Below are positions 11,001 through 19,653 of a DNA stretch of 64,000 nt, in pieces (positions within the stretch are counted from its first letter, which is position 1; every line of letters starts with the position of its first letter). The notes beneath the pieces were generated by a model. That model was not told where the DNA came from, did not search any database, and saw only the letters and a list, made by a program, of their open reading frames with translations. The position numbers and the translations under genes were made by a program. This stretch comes from a virus. The stretch spans positions 1 through 64,000 of IMG/VR virus record IMGVR_UViG_3300042870_001823, one strand, 5' to 3'.

Positions 11001-11667
11001 GGTTGTACCAGTTAACTTTTTTCTTGTCTTGATTTTGTCCAAACAATGGTTCGGTAACAGCTTTTTGCGTTACGTACAACGCAGGTAGTTCGTACGGCAT
11101 TCTCCTGCCTGCTCGTACTAACTGCTTTTGAATTTGATCTCTAGTTAAGAATGCTTCGCTTGATTCGCTACTTAAGCCTGTTCCAGTACTCTTCTTGCCT
11201 TGTTCGCTAAGAGGTGCAAAGAATTTTCTAGCACTCCTTCTACCATCGTATCCAGTAGTTAATTTCCCATCAACTTTTTCAACTAGCCTAGAATAATCAT
11301 CTACCCCACCAATCTGGCGAGTTACTGATTCTAGTTCATCAAGACCTTGTCTAAGATCTAAAATTCCTTTTACTAGTCTGGTAGATGGCCTATCTAAATG
11401 GCCAGCTTTAATTGCTGCGTCTGAGGAATCTTGTAAAAACTTTCCTAGTTTTAATCCACCAGATTTAGTGACTCTAGATGCTACAGTAGTAACTACAATT
11501 GCAGTAGCTGCTGAACCCAAGAACTTCATCATTGGGTGGCCATCAAGGGCCTTTGCTATCCTGCCACTACCAGGACTTGGAGTTTCTGTTTCGCCCTCTT
11601 GCGAAGGTAGGTCACGAGAAGATACGCCATATCCTATGTTATGTATTGGCCCTCTATCTCTGAACAC
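5017..11667 (-). CDS. tape measure protein candidate (2216 aa)
   Basis: Longest ORF; directly follows the tube genes and two tail chaperone genes; Ala/Gly-rich hydrophobic segments. Confidence 0.6.
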   Translation of the reverse strand: MFRDRGPIHNIGYGVSSRDLPSQEGETETPSPGSGRIAKALDGHPMMKFLGSAATAIVVTTVASRVTKSGGLKLGKFLQDSSDAAIKAGHLDRPSTRLVKGILDLRQGLDELESVTRQIGGVDDYSRLVEKVDGKLTTGYDGRRSARKFFAPLSEQGKKSTGTGLSSESSEAFLTRDQIQKQLVRAGRRMPYELPALYVTQKAVTEPLFGQNQDKKKVNWYNPADVLTDFVKTSTINVATMILPFEALGAAGAAGKSSLTTLANSMNDLSALSPIKQKASSFAFDLRSLLAEVGHDASDVLNKGIKLSSRTSGAFAAGVQEADNAQPEFLQAWRAARHGAQDASRRASDVNAGKLKTLTEQAKSFFVAQSDDGYGVLDSFPGVRGMSSGFRAFKNQFHSLGVAHDVVSGKLSREQALGNLTKKFSLDKRDTLTEALKQEHTRLKLKGLTGTDSKTILDNSINKIQSQHSSNLSRLAHDFDALGRGGPSSERFTSSGFYQGRLRDEYKDQLENKLVSGYSVDRKAAKSFVNNLEIKELPKRNSSVSLDKRIALGRKAINVEGDEFFDEIIKRFQGIKGGKDFASAIPGGSALRQSLEQVDSLFVSQDFRKTLDLNIRSQWNQVSKNQIGEQVSSILKPTKQSYGDFVGDLTDQKKSFLLRKTAKTLGIPLTESNGKLLSESVLSKSIAQQGFDPTDFGYMRDYLLENKGLTTGFFSGSGSIFGLKPVLIDDAVERGMFSHMTEEQQQAITQIASLQATRDPLTRGLGSATETLGQTRVGGVYQTRNGEILDFTKVKSVFSGAKDFMASEFKVPILNFNPADMFGYQSLRAAKEAPLLQYVSSRTVQPFLGAEAARPDFYLFAKDRGSKGSLTSFSQNERGILDAQKIAGSYRPISSSSTELISREARNAAGLTGQSADEIAGKTGRMASFKKAFDIDSEQPNSLFRLAQRFKKRSYDIENPATMAKLLSSKDKSITFREGRSTRKLMLQGLDDAEGTLSVVDDLGNTRFNQREILSAVDSFRTRTFGSGIHSRVRSQLETSRPDLFTSSGASSSQVTSHQSFKDVHQKLFGDLANTVSKIRSAGKDPREIIAAHSKLNKYLDQSFFNSSSQVSARSGVINTRLDEASNEVFRLISLKNQMLNETEDIFTQTTKAIRDLQKQGKIGLNDAIEARIGALGNLFNFSAHATFKGELSGVANAKNALREVSRRTQSSEDIASLFSPFTTGADSMVGASIRRPFSRALPFARKAFGSAPYQISDDAVNTLGTGQDFTFVPTFGTALQRGPAAAIKSAMGFGTYKNQDAFSTGSVASSHLVSRVNKYFGTFGLQLDQSKYGGPVDMYMRGMVGKRVLPIVAGGTTLLAADRTIGGYVNEKDKDGERVYSPFFTTKMARGLVEAQAIGAGLIPGGMSAEEKKKQLLEGEVPIKQGRFWPLGSTPFMGGKTMYYRPSYYRKLKEAGTYTSDSFESPLEKLAYGYDFSPLRPLDPYRFERQHYEDRPYPVSGEYFTGPFGPATALANMTVGKLLKPQIKMHEDELKQGLANYQRAGESGAYDSTGYMGASQGGFGGGMGYGGTGSSGGGLYGSSTMAIGQSNSRLSQASAPMGTAGRQVKSTIGGYNSSLRDAAQYGPPKVSGIMSPSIVPAGEPVESNKLGIQAGELGYRAQEMAGIYGFGFGQLRESFGFGQSDYEPQRTVLQSAAKGYGSTRSFWDLNLGGLGDAPMGGEGALGNLEVSEVVRRFIPKERSNVNYINPIRNTMGEKYPFLPGAEYFTDFQRGDPFTKVADGEIRLPGKGYERFNTISADETGKYGKLNQLDILADIAPYSKQFRSLNNQIQTGSLSPDEKLKVQTIRDQVADTTSKYDFSPYKYKDSKPEEMGMNPRLHAVSRVGEYLAHRDTFFNTKFMNKRTATEDWERRNVYGSTFPEWQRPYESFIEPMVNKASQRNPIVATAAMAAAGSMFGKGARGKTLGSIIGAAAGFASSIRGNLHEAITGDRFIPKTRKKELALEEYTDILSYVKNTSLANQAQASGDAAAAASFQSAARRTMYGADLETPSLDTLSLSVPKRKREHFKAMINAPENEREKILSTAGRLERRIYQSAWGMPVEEKPDLADYFSRHELPSQNWEGWHPNTNLEHVKIKTGASMGLEMSQMGYYPQQIREANLANPSYPSFFGGNDSQDTAAQLRAMMSRMGVSGSVSPVKNPYGSNSININAGVR

Positions 11668-11682
11668 TTTTTTCTCCTAAGT

Positions 11683-12312
11683 TTATAAACTGCCCATAAG
11701 TTTTTGGGCAATCGGGTCGTTGTAACGCGCTTCACCCTCTTTACGCTTTGCATCATGCTGAGCAGCTATCATTTGCTGCTTCATCGATTCCTCTTCTGGG
11801 TCAATGATGTCTAGTTTAATTTGTGTTGGCTCAATGCCATAAGTCGATTGCTGAATCTCTATGATCTTTTCAGCTAAAGCAACTCTTTCTGCCAATTGAG
11901 AAAAAGTAAAATTATCTAAGTCTTCCGGTGTATATGTATTAATAGTAGCGAGGACAAAGGCTTTCATCAATGATCTTACTTCACCGGCTTCAGACCTCTT
12001 TTGGTCCATGATCATTTTTGCTACACGCGCAGAAGCAAATCCAGAAGCATCTAAAACTTCTTCTGCTATTGTACTTACGGCTCCTGCCGGAATTTTGTCT
12101 ACATTAAAATTCTCAGGATATACTACTGTTTTTTCTAGTATAAAATCTTCTGCATCTGCGGAAGAATACCCATCTGAATTCTGATATTCTGATATTCTGT
12201 CAAATTCCCCAAAAGTTAATTCTCGGAAAAGAAGATCAATCCCCTTTACGCTAACGCTATAAAGGGGACCATATTTAATCTTTAATTCTACAAGAACTTC
12301 AGGATCTATCAT
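11683..12312 (-). CDS. tail assembly chaperone (paralogue 2)
   Basis: Between tube and TMP; shares FRELT..E / AG....IAEEVLDASGF pattern with 12313-12822. Confidence 0.6.
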   Translation of the reverse strand: MIDPEVLVELKIKYGPLYSVSVKGIDLLFRELTFGEFDRISEYQNSDGYSSADAEDFILEKTVVYPENFNVDKIPAGAVSTIAEEVLDASGFASARVAKMIMDQKRSEAGEVRSLMKAFVLATINTYTPEDLDNFTFSQLAERVALAEKIIEIQQSTYGIEPTQIKLDIIDPEEESMKQQMIAAQHDAKRKEGEARYNDPIAQKLMGSL

Positions 12313-12822
12313 TTAAAGCTGGCGCACCTCAAGTGCTACGAAACCAGATGCTTCAAGGATCTCTTGAGACAAAAGAGAAGGAATTCCAGCCATATCTTCT
12401 GCCATTGATACTTTGGTATAGTCTGGGAACAATAAGCAGATTTCTGTAATTGCTTCTTCATTCCAAAGGTTTGCCTCAGCAGTTGAAAGCTGACCAGCTT
12501 GGACAAGCTGTTCCATCTTCTTGACCAATTGCTTGTATTCACTACGAGCCAAAGTTCTCCAAACAACGTGCTTGTCAAAAGTCAAAGAGGTTACATATAC
12601 ATCACCATGAAGAGCTTTCCATGCTTTAATCATCCCAGCAGTTGGGCCATTGTCCCAAATTTCTTCAGCGTCGTCTAAATCTTCTACTGACTGAGGACCT
12701 ACATCTTCTACGAATTCGTCATCAAGCATCGAGGTAGTTTCGGATGTAGCAACCTCTTCGAGATTAAGCTCTTCAATAGTCTCTTCGTCGGCAGTGATAA
12801 CTACCTTTTTTTCATTTGACAT
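12313..12822 (-). CDS. tail assembly chaperone (paralogue 1)
   Basis: Position; WRTLARSEY ... AGIPSLLSQEILEASGF pattern; acidic N-terminus; GGAG RBS. Confidence 0.6.
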   Translation of the reverse strand: MSNEKKVVITADEETIEELNLEEVATSETTSMLDDEFVEDVGPQSVEDLDDAEEIWDNGPTAGMIKAWKALHGDVYVTSLTFDKHVVWRTLARSEYKQLVKKMEQLVQAGQLSTAEANLWNEEAITEICLLFPDYTKVSMAEDMAGIPSLLSQEILEASGFVALEVRQL

Positions 12823-12890
12823 TTTTACTCCTTAAAAGTATATTCTAGAATCATAACATGATATCACTTTAATCATGTTGTAGCAAATAA

Positions 12891-13928
12891 TTAAATTAAA
12901 GTTCCTGGACCAGAAACTTGTATGCCGGTTACAGTAGTTGATGTTGTGGTTCCTGTAGTTGCAGTATTTTCAGTTGAATTTGGCACTGTTGCAGACTTGT
13001 CCATAAATGGCTTATCCCCAATATCTGCGTTAGAGAAGTAGAAGTCTCTAGCTATAAATTGATAATTTTCAACTAACGGCTGACCACCACTTTGATATGC
13101 TGTCGACATAGAAACTAATTGTACATTTTGTAAAACAATTTTCATTGGGCTATTACTGGCACTAATAGAACTTCTTTCGTTAATGTCAGTAGCTAAAATT
13201 CTATCAGAGTTTAGTTGTTGGTTTATTTCAGTACCAGATTTATAAGTTAAAATAGAATTAGAAGTAATTCCTGTTTCTTCTACTCCATAAAATATAACTA
13301 GGTTAAATGGTGGATGGGCACTAAATATATTATGGCCACCATTTTCGTAATCAACAAAAGTTGATTTAGTTGACCTATCAGAGGTTACTCTATCTAGTTG
13401 AGTGCTAGTCCAGTATTTGTTTATATTTACTTCGTCAGCTTGAGATTCATTTGCTGAATTTAAAGAAGAAATTACTGAAGATGGTGGATTAGTTCCTGAG
13501 CTTTCGGCTCTTACCTTTGCAGCTTTTTCTAGTAAAGAAGTCATTCTTCTAGGGTACCTAGAGTATAAAGAGAACTCTCCTGTGATGAGTCTAGTGCCAT
13601 TCAACATAGCATCGTAGTTGTATGACCAAAAACCATACAATGGTTGCTTCTCCTGCTTGACTACATAAGCCATAGCAGCTATGTCCATTTCATCAGCTGG
13701 ATCAAATAAGCCATCTATAAATATTTTTACATCTTCTCCAGAAAAAAAATAATCATAATAATTATTAAAAGCTTCGTCTTGTCTAGCTCCACCCCATTGA
13801 AGATCTATTTCTTGGTTTAATGGGTCAAAAAAGCCATTGCCATTTCCGCCACTAATTGGCGTTGTCTTTAAATCGTAAGGAAGAAAGGCAGTAAATGGGC
13901 GATAGGAAGAACGATTTGTTGCAGGCAT
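12891..13928 (-). CDS. tail tube-like protein (tube initiator / baseplate hub)
   Basis: FFSGEDVKIF..EKQPLYG..GTRLITG pattern parallels the tube protein's FSGADI..EKAPIY..GKRGIAG. Confidence 0.55.
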   Translation of the reverse strand: MPATNRSSYRPFTAFLPYDLKTTPISGGNGNGFFDPLNQEIDLQWGGARQDEAFNNYYDYFFSGEDVKIFIDGLFDPADEMDIAAMAYVVKQEKQPLYGFWSYNYDAMLNGTRLITGEFSLYSRYPRRMTSLLEKAAKVRAESSGTNPPSSVISSLNSANESQADEVNINKYWTSTQLDRVTSDRSTKSTFVDYENGGHNIFSAHPPFNLVIFYGVEETGITSNSILTYKSGTEINQQLNSDRILATDINERSSISASNSPMKIVLQNVQLVSMSTAYQSGGQPLVENYQFIARDFYFSNADIGDKPFMDKSATVPNSTENTATTGTTTSTTVTGIQVSGPGTLI

Positions 13929-14668
13929 TAAAGTCTCGATATTCTTTGGTTCATGAAGTTCTTGTAAGCTGCCACGTTATCCCCAAAAAAATTAGTAGAT
14001 ATGTTTCTGTCAACCGTCTGCTGGGCAACTATTGCAGCATCGGGATTATCTGAATAAATATTTCTATCTTCTGCAGTATCTAATTGTAACATGGGTTGAA
14101 TGCCTCTAGCCATATATGTATAAGTTTGTTCTGTGATAAGGTCGTCAACAGACATTGTCTGACCTTCATCTACGATTGTCAACCCAAACAGTTTCATTTT
14201 AGCAGCTAATCCATATTCATTAAAAAAAGTTAAAACAACATCAAATGGAGGAAGCATGTCTGCTAATGGAGAATAGTTTTTTTCAGCCAATGCTTTTTTA
14301 AACTCTGCAATCCTATAGAAAGCATACTCATTAAATACGGTGAAGATTAAAGATCCAGCTATAGTTCTAGATCCTTTGACGAATCCTCTAGCATTTACGT
14401 GACCTAATGTTCTTACTGGAGAGTTTTCTCTGTGTATGGAATAAGATATTGTTTGGAGTTCCCCAAGTTCTATAAAGTCGCCAACTGAACTTGAAGTGTC
14501 ATCACCTATTCTAGGGAGAACCATTGTTGCCTGGATATCAACTCCAGCAAAAGACATATTAGAAAATGGATCCGGAAGACCCTTATCTCTTCTGACTGAA
14601 GATATTGTGTTGTTATAGTCAGATATTTGTCTTTTTTCTAATTTAAGTTCATCAATATCTTTTCTCAT
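13928..14668 (-). CDS. tail tube-like protein (paralogue)
   Basis: SFAGVDIQAT..RENSPVRTLG..GSRTIAGSLIFTVF..PPFDV..NEYG, clearly paralogous to 14748-15440. Confidence 0.65.
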   Translation of the reverse strand: MRKDIDELKLEKRQISDYNNTISSVRRDKGLPDPFSNMSFAGVDIQATMVLPRIGDDTSSSVGDFIELGELQTISYSIHRENSPVRTLGHVNARGFVKGSRTIAGSLIFTVFNEYAFYRIAEFKKALAEKNYSPLADMLPPFDVVLTFFNEYGLAAKMKLFGLTIVDEGQTMSVDDLITEQTYTYMARGIQPMLQLDTAEDRNIYSDNPDAAIVAQQTVDRNISTNFFGDNVAAYKNFMNQRISRL

Positions 14669-14683
14669 TTATATCCTTAAAGT

Positions 14684-14723
14684 AAAAAGAGACGTGGAGG
14701 ACAAAGCTCATCCTCCACGTCTC
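14684..14723 (-). terminator. intrinsic terminator after tail tube gene
   Basis: Perfect 13-bp inverted repeat GAGACGTGGAGGA (14689-14701) / TCCTCCACGTCTC (14711-14723) followed by a T-run on the minus strand. Confidence 0.85.
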
Positions 14724-14747
14724 AAGATTTTTAATACTGTTATTTAA

Positions 14748-15440
14748 TTATGGTCTGATAATCTCAGAGTTGAAACCGCTTGAGGTTACTGCATCTTGAG
14801 AGATTATGTCGGAAAGAGTTCCGTTAAATCTCTGAAGCTGTGAGTTAGAGATGGTATACATTGGTCCGATTTCGCGGGCTACGTAAGTCATTGTCTCCTC
14901 AATTACGATGTCGTCCATTGAAGCTCCAGAACCTTCGTTCAAAAGCTCAACTCCATAAATTGATCTTACTGCACCTTGGCCATACTCGTTGGCAAAAGTT
15001 ACTGTAATATCAAATGGTGGAATTTGGTCAGCGTAGTATGGAACCTTGCTTACGACGTCTCTGCTCTGATCATCAAACTCAGCAATTCCTCTTCTGTGAT
15101 TTGGATCACCTGGAAGAGTGTTGCTGGATCTTGTCCAGTATTTCATTTCCTGTGCAGTTCCATGATGCGATTCAAGCATCTGGTAGAGAGCTGGGCGGTC
15201 AAAGACTGTGAAAATCAATGAACCAGCAATACCTCTTTTGCCTCTAGAAAATGATCTTGGGTTTGGAGAACCCATTGTGTAGATTGGTGCTTTTTCTCTG
15301 GTTACTGAAAATGTAATACCTGAAAGAGCGCCAATCTCTTTCCCGCCAAAAGTGGCAACAATATCTGCACCAGAAAATGTGGTGTAAGTATTAAGGTATT
15401 TGTTTACAGCTGAGTCGTAGTATTCGCCGTTATTTGGCAT
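14748..15440 (-). CDS. major tail tube protein
   Basis: Immediately downstream of sheath and followed by a terminator; TFSGADIVATF..REKAPIYTMG..GIAGSLIF..PPFDI motifs of large myophage tube proteins. Confidence 0.75.
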   Translation of the reverse strand: MPNNGEYYDSAVNKYLNTYTTFSGADIVATFGGKEIGALSGITFSVTREKAPIYTMGSPNPRSFSRGKRGIAGSLIFTVFDRPALYQMLESHHGTAQEMKYWTRSSNTLPGDPNHRRGIAEFDDQSRDVVSKVPYYADQIPPFDITVTFANEYGQGAVRSIYGVELLNEGSGASMDDIVIEETMTYVAREIGPMYTISNSQLQRFNGTLSDIISQDAVTSSGFNSEIIRP

Positions 15441-15477
15441 CTTTTACCCTCCTATAGGTGTATTTAATATATTATTA

Positions 15478-16746
15478 TTAAAGGCTGACAGATATACTGA
15501 CTTCGATGCTCTTAAGCTCGAAGGCAGGTGTCAGGACTAGGTCAATGATAGCCTTGTTCTGAGATGGGACATAAGAGACTGTGAAGTCACTGTCCAACAA
15601 AGCACCAAGCTGTTGCATTCCGCGCAAGCCTGATGTAATGGCTGTTTCCATTGAGTTACGAACCTGCAGTGTAGAAGGCTCGCCAACGAACTTTTGACAT
15701 ACTTGACGAACTACCATAGCAGCTTCGTTTACGATTCTTGAAGTAGCAATACGTGTGTAGTCTGATGTTTCAGGCGCAAATGTGCAACCTTCTGCAAAGA
15801 TGGGCACTTTATTGAAGTTGAGAACAATAGCATTAACGCCCTTATCTACAACTCCAGTGTTACTGCTGTTGGTAAGTGTGCTTCTGGTTGCGTTGTAACG
15901 AAGTCTAGTGACGTTGTAAGCTGTTTTATTAACAGGGCTTACATAAGAAGCCATTCTGCTCAAAGCAGCTGCAAATGTGGTTGCTCCGTTAGCATAGCCA
16001 AAGTCTGGGTTGCTAGCTGATGCATAGCCTACTGGCTTAAGCTCTGCGGCAATAACGAATACATAGCGACCATTATCTTTCCAGATATAATCAGTTCCAG
16101 CTTTTGCGTTTCTATCAGGAAGAGTTGCCAAGCCTAAATGGGTAGCAACATTAGATGGGGTCATGACCTCACCTGTTCCAAGGTATGGCTTAAGCCCCAA
16201 GACGGCGAAACATGGGCTAGTATTTTCGCTAATCTCTTTTACTTTAGCACCGATTAGGTAGGCCCAGTTCTTGGTATAATCAGTTGTATTGTTTGCGTTG
16301 AAACCAATTTCCTCGTCATCGCCAGGTGTTGCTGGGTTATTCCAGTCAGCCGAGTTTCCACCTCTACCCCAAGGAACGATAATGTCTGGCATAGAAGCTT
16401 CAGCAGCAGCAAATGCGTCATCAAACACACTAGTACCGCCCGAAGTTACGGTGCCAGCACCTTGGTTCCAGGTTGTATTGCTTGGAAGAGGAACCATAAA
16501 GATTCTATCTGCTCCAGCAGCTACGAGTTCAAGATAAGCTCTGTGAAGTTGTGAGCCCTCGCCAAAAGCAAGGATGACATTATCTTCTCTAGTTACTTGC
16601 ACAACATCGAGATCGGCAATATTGCCAGTCCCATCAGCTGTGCTGCGCTTAGCTATAACGCAGATTCTTGGACCAACAGGAGTATCCTGTCTTGATATGC
16701 TATAAAAGCTATCTTTAATTATTGTTTTTACGCCAGGTAGAGCCAT
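15478..16746 (-). CDS. tail sheath protein
   Basis: Starts MALPGV; sheath-type C-terminus RIATSRIVNEA..FVGEP..IDLVLTPAFELKSIEVSI; GGAGG RBS. Confidence 0.85.
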   Translation of the reverse strand: MALPGVKTIIKDSFYSISRQDTPVGPRICVIAKRSTADGTGNIADLDVVQVTREDNVILAFGEGSQLHRAYLELVAAGADRIFMVPLPSNTTWNQGAGTVTSGGTSVFDDAFAAAEASMPDIIVPWGRGGNSADWNNPATPGDDEEIGFNANNTTDYTKNWAYLIGAKVKEISENTSPCFAVLGLKPYLGTGEVMTPSNVATHLGLATLPDRNAKAGTDYIWKDNGRYVFVIAAELKPVGYASASNPDFGYANGATTFAAALSRMASYVSPVNKTAYNVTRLRYNATRSTLTNSSNTGVVDKGVNAIVLNFNKVPIFAEGCTFAPETSDYTRIATSRIVNEAAMVVRQVCQKFVGEPSTLQVRNSMETAITSGLRGMQQLGALLDSDFTVSYVPSQNKAIIDLVLTPAFELKSIEVSISVSL

Positions 16747-16791
16747 TGAATTTCGAACCTCCGGTTTGCCTATATTAGGTCTGTTCCCAAA

Positions 16792-16801
16792 CTATAGTAA
16801 C
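16792..16801 (-). promoter_or_regulatory. recurrent TACTA(T) promoter-like motif upstream of sheath
   Basis: GTTACTATAG on the minus strand ~50 nt before ATG 16746; same core precedes several other late units. Confidence 0.45.
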
Positions 16802-16845
16802 GCACAACCTATAAAAACAACTACGTTTAATATTTTACTTCAATT

Positions 16846-17619
16846 TTATATAGCGTAAGGAAAGTACCCAGAAAGGCTTGGGGTAGCACTGTAAAGATCG
16901 ACTATCTCTATTGGAGTATCAGTATAATCTGGAGTAGATTTATTAAATAGCTCTTCTTGTCTACTGGTTATCAAACTTGCCTCGTAGGCCATAGCGGTTC
17001 TTACGTCTATTGCTACTTTTTCTATGGTAGAAACAGATGTCTGAATCAACTTTTCTGTAGTCAATAAATAAGTAATTGTTCTTTTAATAACATCTATATT
17101 AGATCTACTTTCCTCAGCGTCGGCTAACCTTCTGGCATACACTAACTCTGAAGCACCAAGTCTTTTAAAGACAGGAGTGTACTCAAGCATAAAATCTTCA
17201 AAAACTTCAGCCAGTGCATCAGCAACTTCTGCTCCTACGTATCTACCATCTCCTAGGTTTGACTCAGAAGAAGCTTTATCTGCTTTTGTGATTACGCTAA
17301 ATGAAACAACATTTTGAAATCTTTGTCCAAATATCATATAGTCGTTTTCAACAACTTGCCTACTTCTTGGTTTTGGCTCTACGGTATGTGGTTTTCTAAT
17401 TTCTAAACCATAAATTATTGCCGGAAAGGAGGCATAAGATCCGCCATGGTTAGGTTTAATTGGAATGTCTGGGTGGATATTTTCCCATAGTAATTTTACT
17501 ACAGCTATAAATTCAAGATAACTTAAATTGCCAGCTGCTTGGAGTGGTGCCCCAAAAGCTCTATTGACGGATACGTCATTAATTCTTGGTTCTGGAAAAC
17601 CAAAAGCGTTCTGCGCCAT
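16846..17619 (-). CDS. tail completion / terminator-like protein
   Basis: Position between neck genes and sheath; 257 aa. Confidence 0.45.
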   Translation of the reverse strand: MAQNAFGFPEPRINDVSVNRAFGAPLQAAGNLSYLEFIAVVKLLWENIHPDIPIKPNHGGSYASFPAIIYGLEIRKPHTVEPKPRSRQVVENDYMIFGQRFQNVVSFSVITKADKASSESNLGDGRYVGAEVADALAEVFEDFMLEYTPVFKRLGASELVYARRLADAEESRSNIDVIKRTITYLLTTEKLIQTSVSTIEKVAIDVRTAMAYEASLITSRQEELFNKSTPDYTDTPIEIVDLYSATPSLSGYFPYAI

Positions 17620-17620
17620 T

Positions 17621-19276
17621 CTATGCTCCTTGCCCTGAGGAAATACTAAAAGATATTTTTCTTAGACCTAAAGAAGAAGTTAAGTTAATGTCAAAATATA
17701 TCTTACCTTTAACTACAGAATCAGCATATGCTTCTAATGCATAGTCTCTAATTATATTGTTAGTTTTTAAAAATTGTAACATTTTTCTTACATCTTCAAT
17801 TAATTTTTGAGCACTGAATCTACTAATTGAATTGTCTCCAAGTGCCCTTATTTCATTTATGACCATTGAGATTAATCTCATTTGTGGAGCTTTAGCATAT
17901 ACTGAACTAGGATTGGCCATCGTATTATCATTGCTTAAATAGATTTCATAAGAGTTTCCTCTCCTACTTCTATTATTTCGAATAAGAGTATTAATACCCA
18001 GTGCATCTAACCTGTCTACCTCTGCCTGACCTAGATTTGTGCCGCTCAAACCAAAAGCTGAAGGAATTTTTTTTCTTATTAAACTTTGATTTACTGCTGT
18101 TTCGGACAACAAGCCTGCTACTGAAGCAGCTGCGCTAGATGTATAAGATATGTTTAAGAAATTATGGTTAATAATAATCTCTCCATATATTGGGATAACA
18201 AACTTGCCCATATCACCAGCTATTGAATTGTCTGGATTATACATAGTATATTTGTCAGTAAAATTAATGTCTGCCTCAAAAATATCTATGTTACTAGAGT
18301 TTATTCCATCTGATCTAGAGCCAATTACTCCTAGCATAATTGCTCCAGTTTCATCATGGAAATCTTGACAATGCGTAGCTAATTGAGTAACGAAATCTAC
18401 ATTGCCAGTCCCGATGATGCTAGCTTCTAATGGGACTATTATGTCTATATTATCGTATCTCTCTAGTGAAGCGTACGTTTGTTCTAGTCTATCATAATAT
18501 TTTTGATAGAAGTTCATCAATACAGGAGTGGCATCCTCGTATGAATGAGTTGGCATTATATTTAATCTATCACCTGTTATTGCTACATACTCTTTCATAG
18601 GAGCGGCAGAGCATATGTAAATATCTCTTGCTCCGCACGCGTATGCGTCAAAAATCCCTCTCAACAAAGGAGAATTAAAATCAGCCTTTAGGAGGTCTAT
18701 TGCCTCTTGAATAGAACTTATTCTCATGGGAGCATTCATATCAAGAGCATCTGAATGACCTATTAGAAGAATGGAATTGGTTCTATATTGCTCTAGGGGC
18801 TGGAAAGACGGACGATAAGAAGTACTTAATTCTTTTTCTCCTCCAGCATAGGATCCGACTATGTTCATGGTTCCCTGAGGAACTTGAAACTGAGCTGTGT
18901 ATTGAAAGATATTTGCACCGTCGTATGTAGTTGCCACTACCGAATAATTACCTTGGAATAAATTTTCAGGTATTGTGTAGTGAAATATAAATTTAGTTAA
19001 ATTATATGAAGAGATGTTTTGTCCAGGTACATCGCCATAATTTCCATAGTAAAAAGTATTACCAGAACTTCGCTCTATGTAATTGCCAGTTGGATTAGCG
19101 TCTTGCTGGAGATACGAGTACGGTCCATCTATAGTTGCGCCTGCACCAAAATCACCTCTATATACAGAAATGATTACATCAGAAGGAGTTGCCCCTAATG
19201 TGGGGTCGTAAAAATTTCCATTTTGACTAAATATAAATTCAAAATTACCAGTTTGACCAGGTGATAAAATTAGCAT
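17621..19276 (-). CDS. second tail-sheath-like protein with N-terminal Ig-like extension
   Basis: ILLIGH..SPLLRGIFDAYACGARDIY and C-terminal RLISMVINEIR..IYFDINL..LRKISFSI parallel the sheath at 15478-16746. Confidence 0.6.
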   Translation of the reverse strand: MLILSPGQTGNFEFIFSQNGNFYDPTLGATPSDVIISVYRGDFGAGATIDGPYSYLQQDANPTGNYIERSSGNTFYYGNYGDVPGQNISSYNLTKFIFHYTIPENLFQGNYSVVATTYDGANIFQYTAQFQVPQGTMNIVGSYAGGEKELSTSYRPSFQPLEQYRTNSILLIGHSDALDMNAPMRISSIQEAIDLLKADFNSPLLRGIFDAYACGARDIYICSAAPMKEYVAITGDRLNIMPTHSYEDATPVLMNFYQKYYDRLEQTYASLERYDNIDIIVPLEASIIGTGNVDFVTQLATHCQDFHDETGAIMLGVIGSRSDGINSSNIDIFEADINFTDKYTMYNPDNSIAGDMGKFVIPIYGEIIINHNFLNISYTSSAAASVAGLLSETAVNQSLIRKKIPSAFGLSGTNLGQAEVDRLDALGINTLIRNNRSRRGNSYEIYLSNDNTMANPSSVYAKAPQMRLISMVINEIRALGDNSISRFSAQKLIEDVRKMLQFLKTNNIIRDYALEAYADSVVKGKIYFDINLTSSLGLRKISFSISSGQGA

Positions 19277-19653
19277 TAAGTAGGTCTTTCCTTAGTTGCT
19301 CCAGCTATCCAGTATACTATCTTTCCAAATTTTCCACGTACCGGAGCTGCAAAGTCTATATAATAAAGGTTTGCTCCGTTAATATTATTAGTTCCTTCTT
19401 CGTAAATTCTATCATTCTGCTTTGGATTTACGTCAGCTTCAAAATAAAAAACCAAGTCAATGCCTGTAGTTATGCCTTCTATATCCTCTCTTTGGAGTTG
19501 AGCCATAGCTTCATTGGAAGGAAAATAGTGCCTAGTGGTTACTTGTTCAAATGTTTCTGAGTATAGAAAATCATCATCTAATCTTCTTTGAATTAAAACA
19601 TCATGACCGTATTCTCTTAAGATACGCTTAATAGTTTTAGCAGGATCAATCAT
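19276..19653 (-). CDS. head closure / neck protein
   Basis: 125 aa; YGHDVLIQRR..FYFEADVNPKQNDRI..RGKFGKIVYW; position in neck block. Confidence 0.5.
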   Translation of the reverse strand: MIDPAKTIKRILREYGHDVLIQRRLDDDFLYSETFEQVTTRHYFPSNEAMAQLQREDIEGITTGIDLVFYFEADVNPKQNDRIYEEGTNNINGANLYYIDFAAPVRGKFGKIVYWIAGATKERPT

